Below are positions 63,966 through 64,000 of a stretch of DNA of 64,000 nucleotides, one piece after another; positions within the stretch are counted from its first letter, which is position 1, and every line of letters starts with the position of its first letter. Origin of the DNA: Sphaerochaetaceae bacterium (GTDB lineage Bacteria; Spirochaetota; Spirochaetia; Sphaerochaetales; Sphaerochaetaceae); assembly GCA_963606545.1 (NCBI GenBank), contig CAVCYP010000001.1:1613-65612 (forward strand), written 5' to 3'. The notes under the pieces are model-generated. The model had not been told where the DNA came from and did no database searches. It was given only the letters and a program-made list of their open reading frames with translations. A program made the translations under genes and the position numbers.

Positions 63966-64000
63966 AATTCCATAACTCCCACAAAGAGTCTAACAGAGTC

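Noticed and set aside
1-64000. Prophage, integrative element, transposon, toxin-antitoxin pair or defence island
   Set aside because: No integrase, transposase, recombinase, phage structural, methyltransferase, cas or paired small toxin/antitoxin ORFs were recognised. The only foreign-looking pieces are the single AT-rich gene at 44552..45352 and the ~210-bp remnant at 60421..60631.

Overview
64-kb chromosomal window, about 45-50% G+C by eye, densely packed with about 60 CDS. I recognised no rRNA, tRNA, CRISPR array, transposase, integrase or phage gene. The gene content (2-oxoglutarate:ferredoxin oxidoreductase, class III ribonucleotide reductase, small beta-barrel-like secreted proteins, loose lipobox signal peptides) points to an anaerobic diderm bacterium. 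A Spirochaetota-like origin (Treponema/Sphaerochaeta) is plausible but cannot be established from this window. Left to right: (1) an AraC-associated rhamnoside/rhamnose locus, with a chimeric transporter::GH78 remnant, a PAP2 phosphatase, a GH3 beta-glucosidase and rhaB-rhaA-rhaD, mostly linked by ATGA stop/start overlaps; (2) a long minus-strand block with the liv branched-chain amino-acid ABC system plus a trailing CBS-CBS-ACT gene, then plsC, an ABC exporter, a DEAD-box helicase, ftsK and rsmG-mnmG-mnmE, with a MATE gene on the plus strand; (3) the EF-P beta-lysylation trio epmA-efp-epmB; (4) a polA-coaE operon embedded among small membrane/OMP-like genes; (5) nadE; (6) korDABC-sucCD with a divergent LysR regulator; (7) an AT-rich orphan nuclease-like gene; (8) yhhQ, lon, a U32 peptidase and a TPR protein; (9) a 59-aa histone-H1-like gene absent from the ORF track; (10) a fadD-like ligase behind palindromic operators; (11) nrdDG, where NrdD carries a C-terminal redoxin domain; (12) LacI/MFS/cupin/LMW-PTP genes; (13) a sugar-1-kinase + nucleotidyltransferase + YhhN cluster. 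I found no convincing multi-gene novel system: no defence island, toxin-antitoxin pair or secretion cluster. The most unusual items are the transporter::rhamnosidase chimera, the NrdD-redoxin fusion, two noncoding tandem-repeat arrays (a 72% G+C 2x34-bp repeat upstream of nrdD, and 3x30 plus 2x40 bp upstream of the LacI gene), the AT-rich orphan nuclease-like gene, the stand-alone CBS-ACT gene coupled to liv, and the GAHIDHQ-type sugar kinase paired with a nucleotidyltransferase. All functional calls come from motif recognition by eye. No searches were run.
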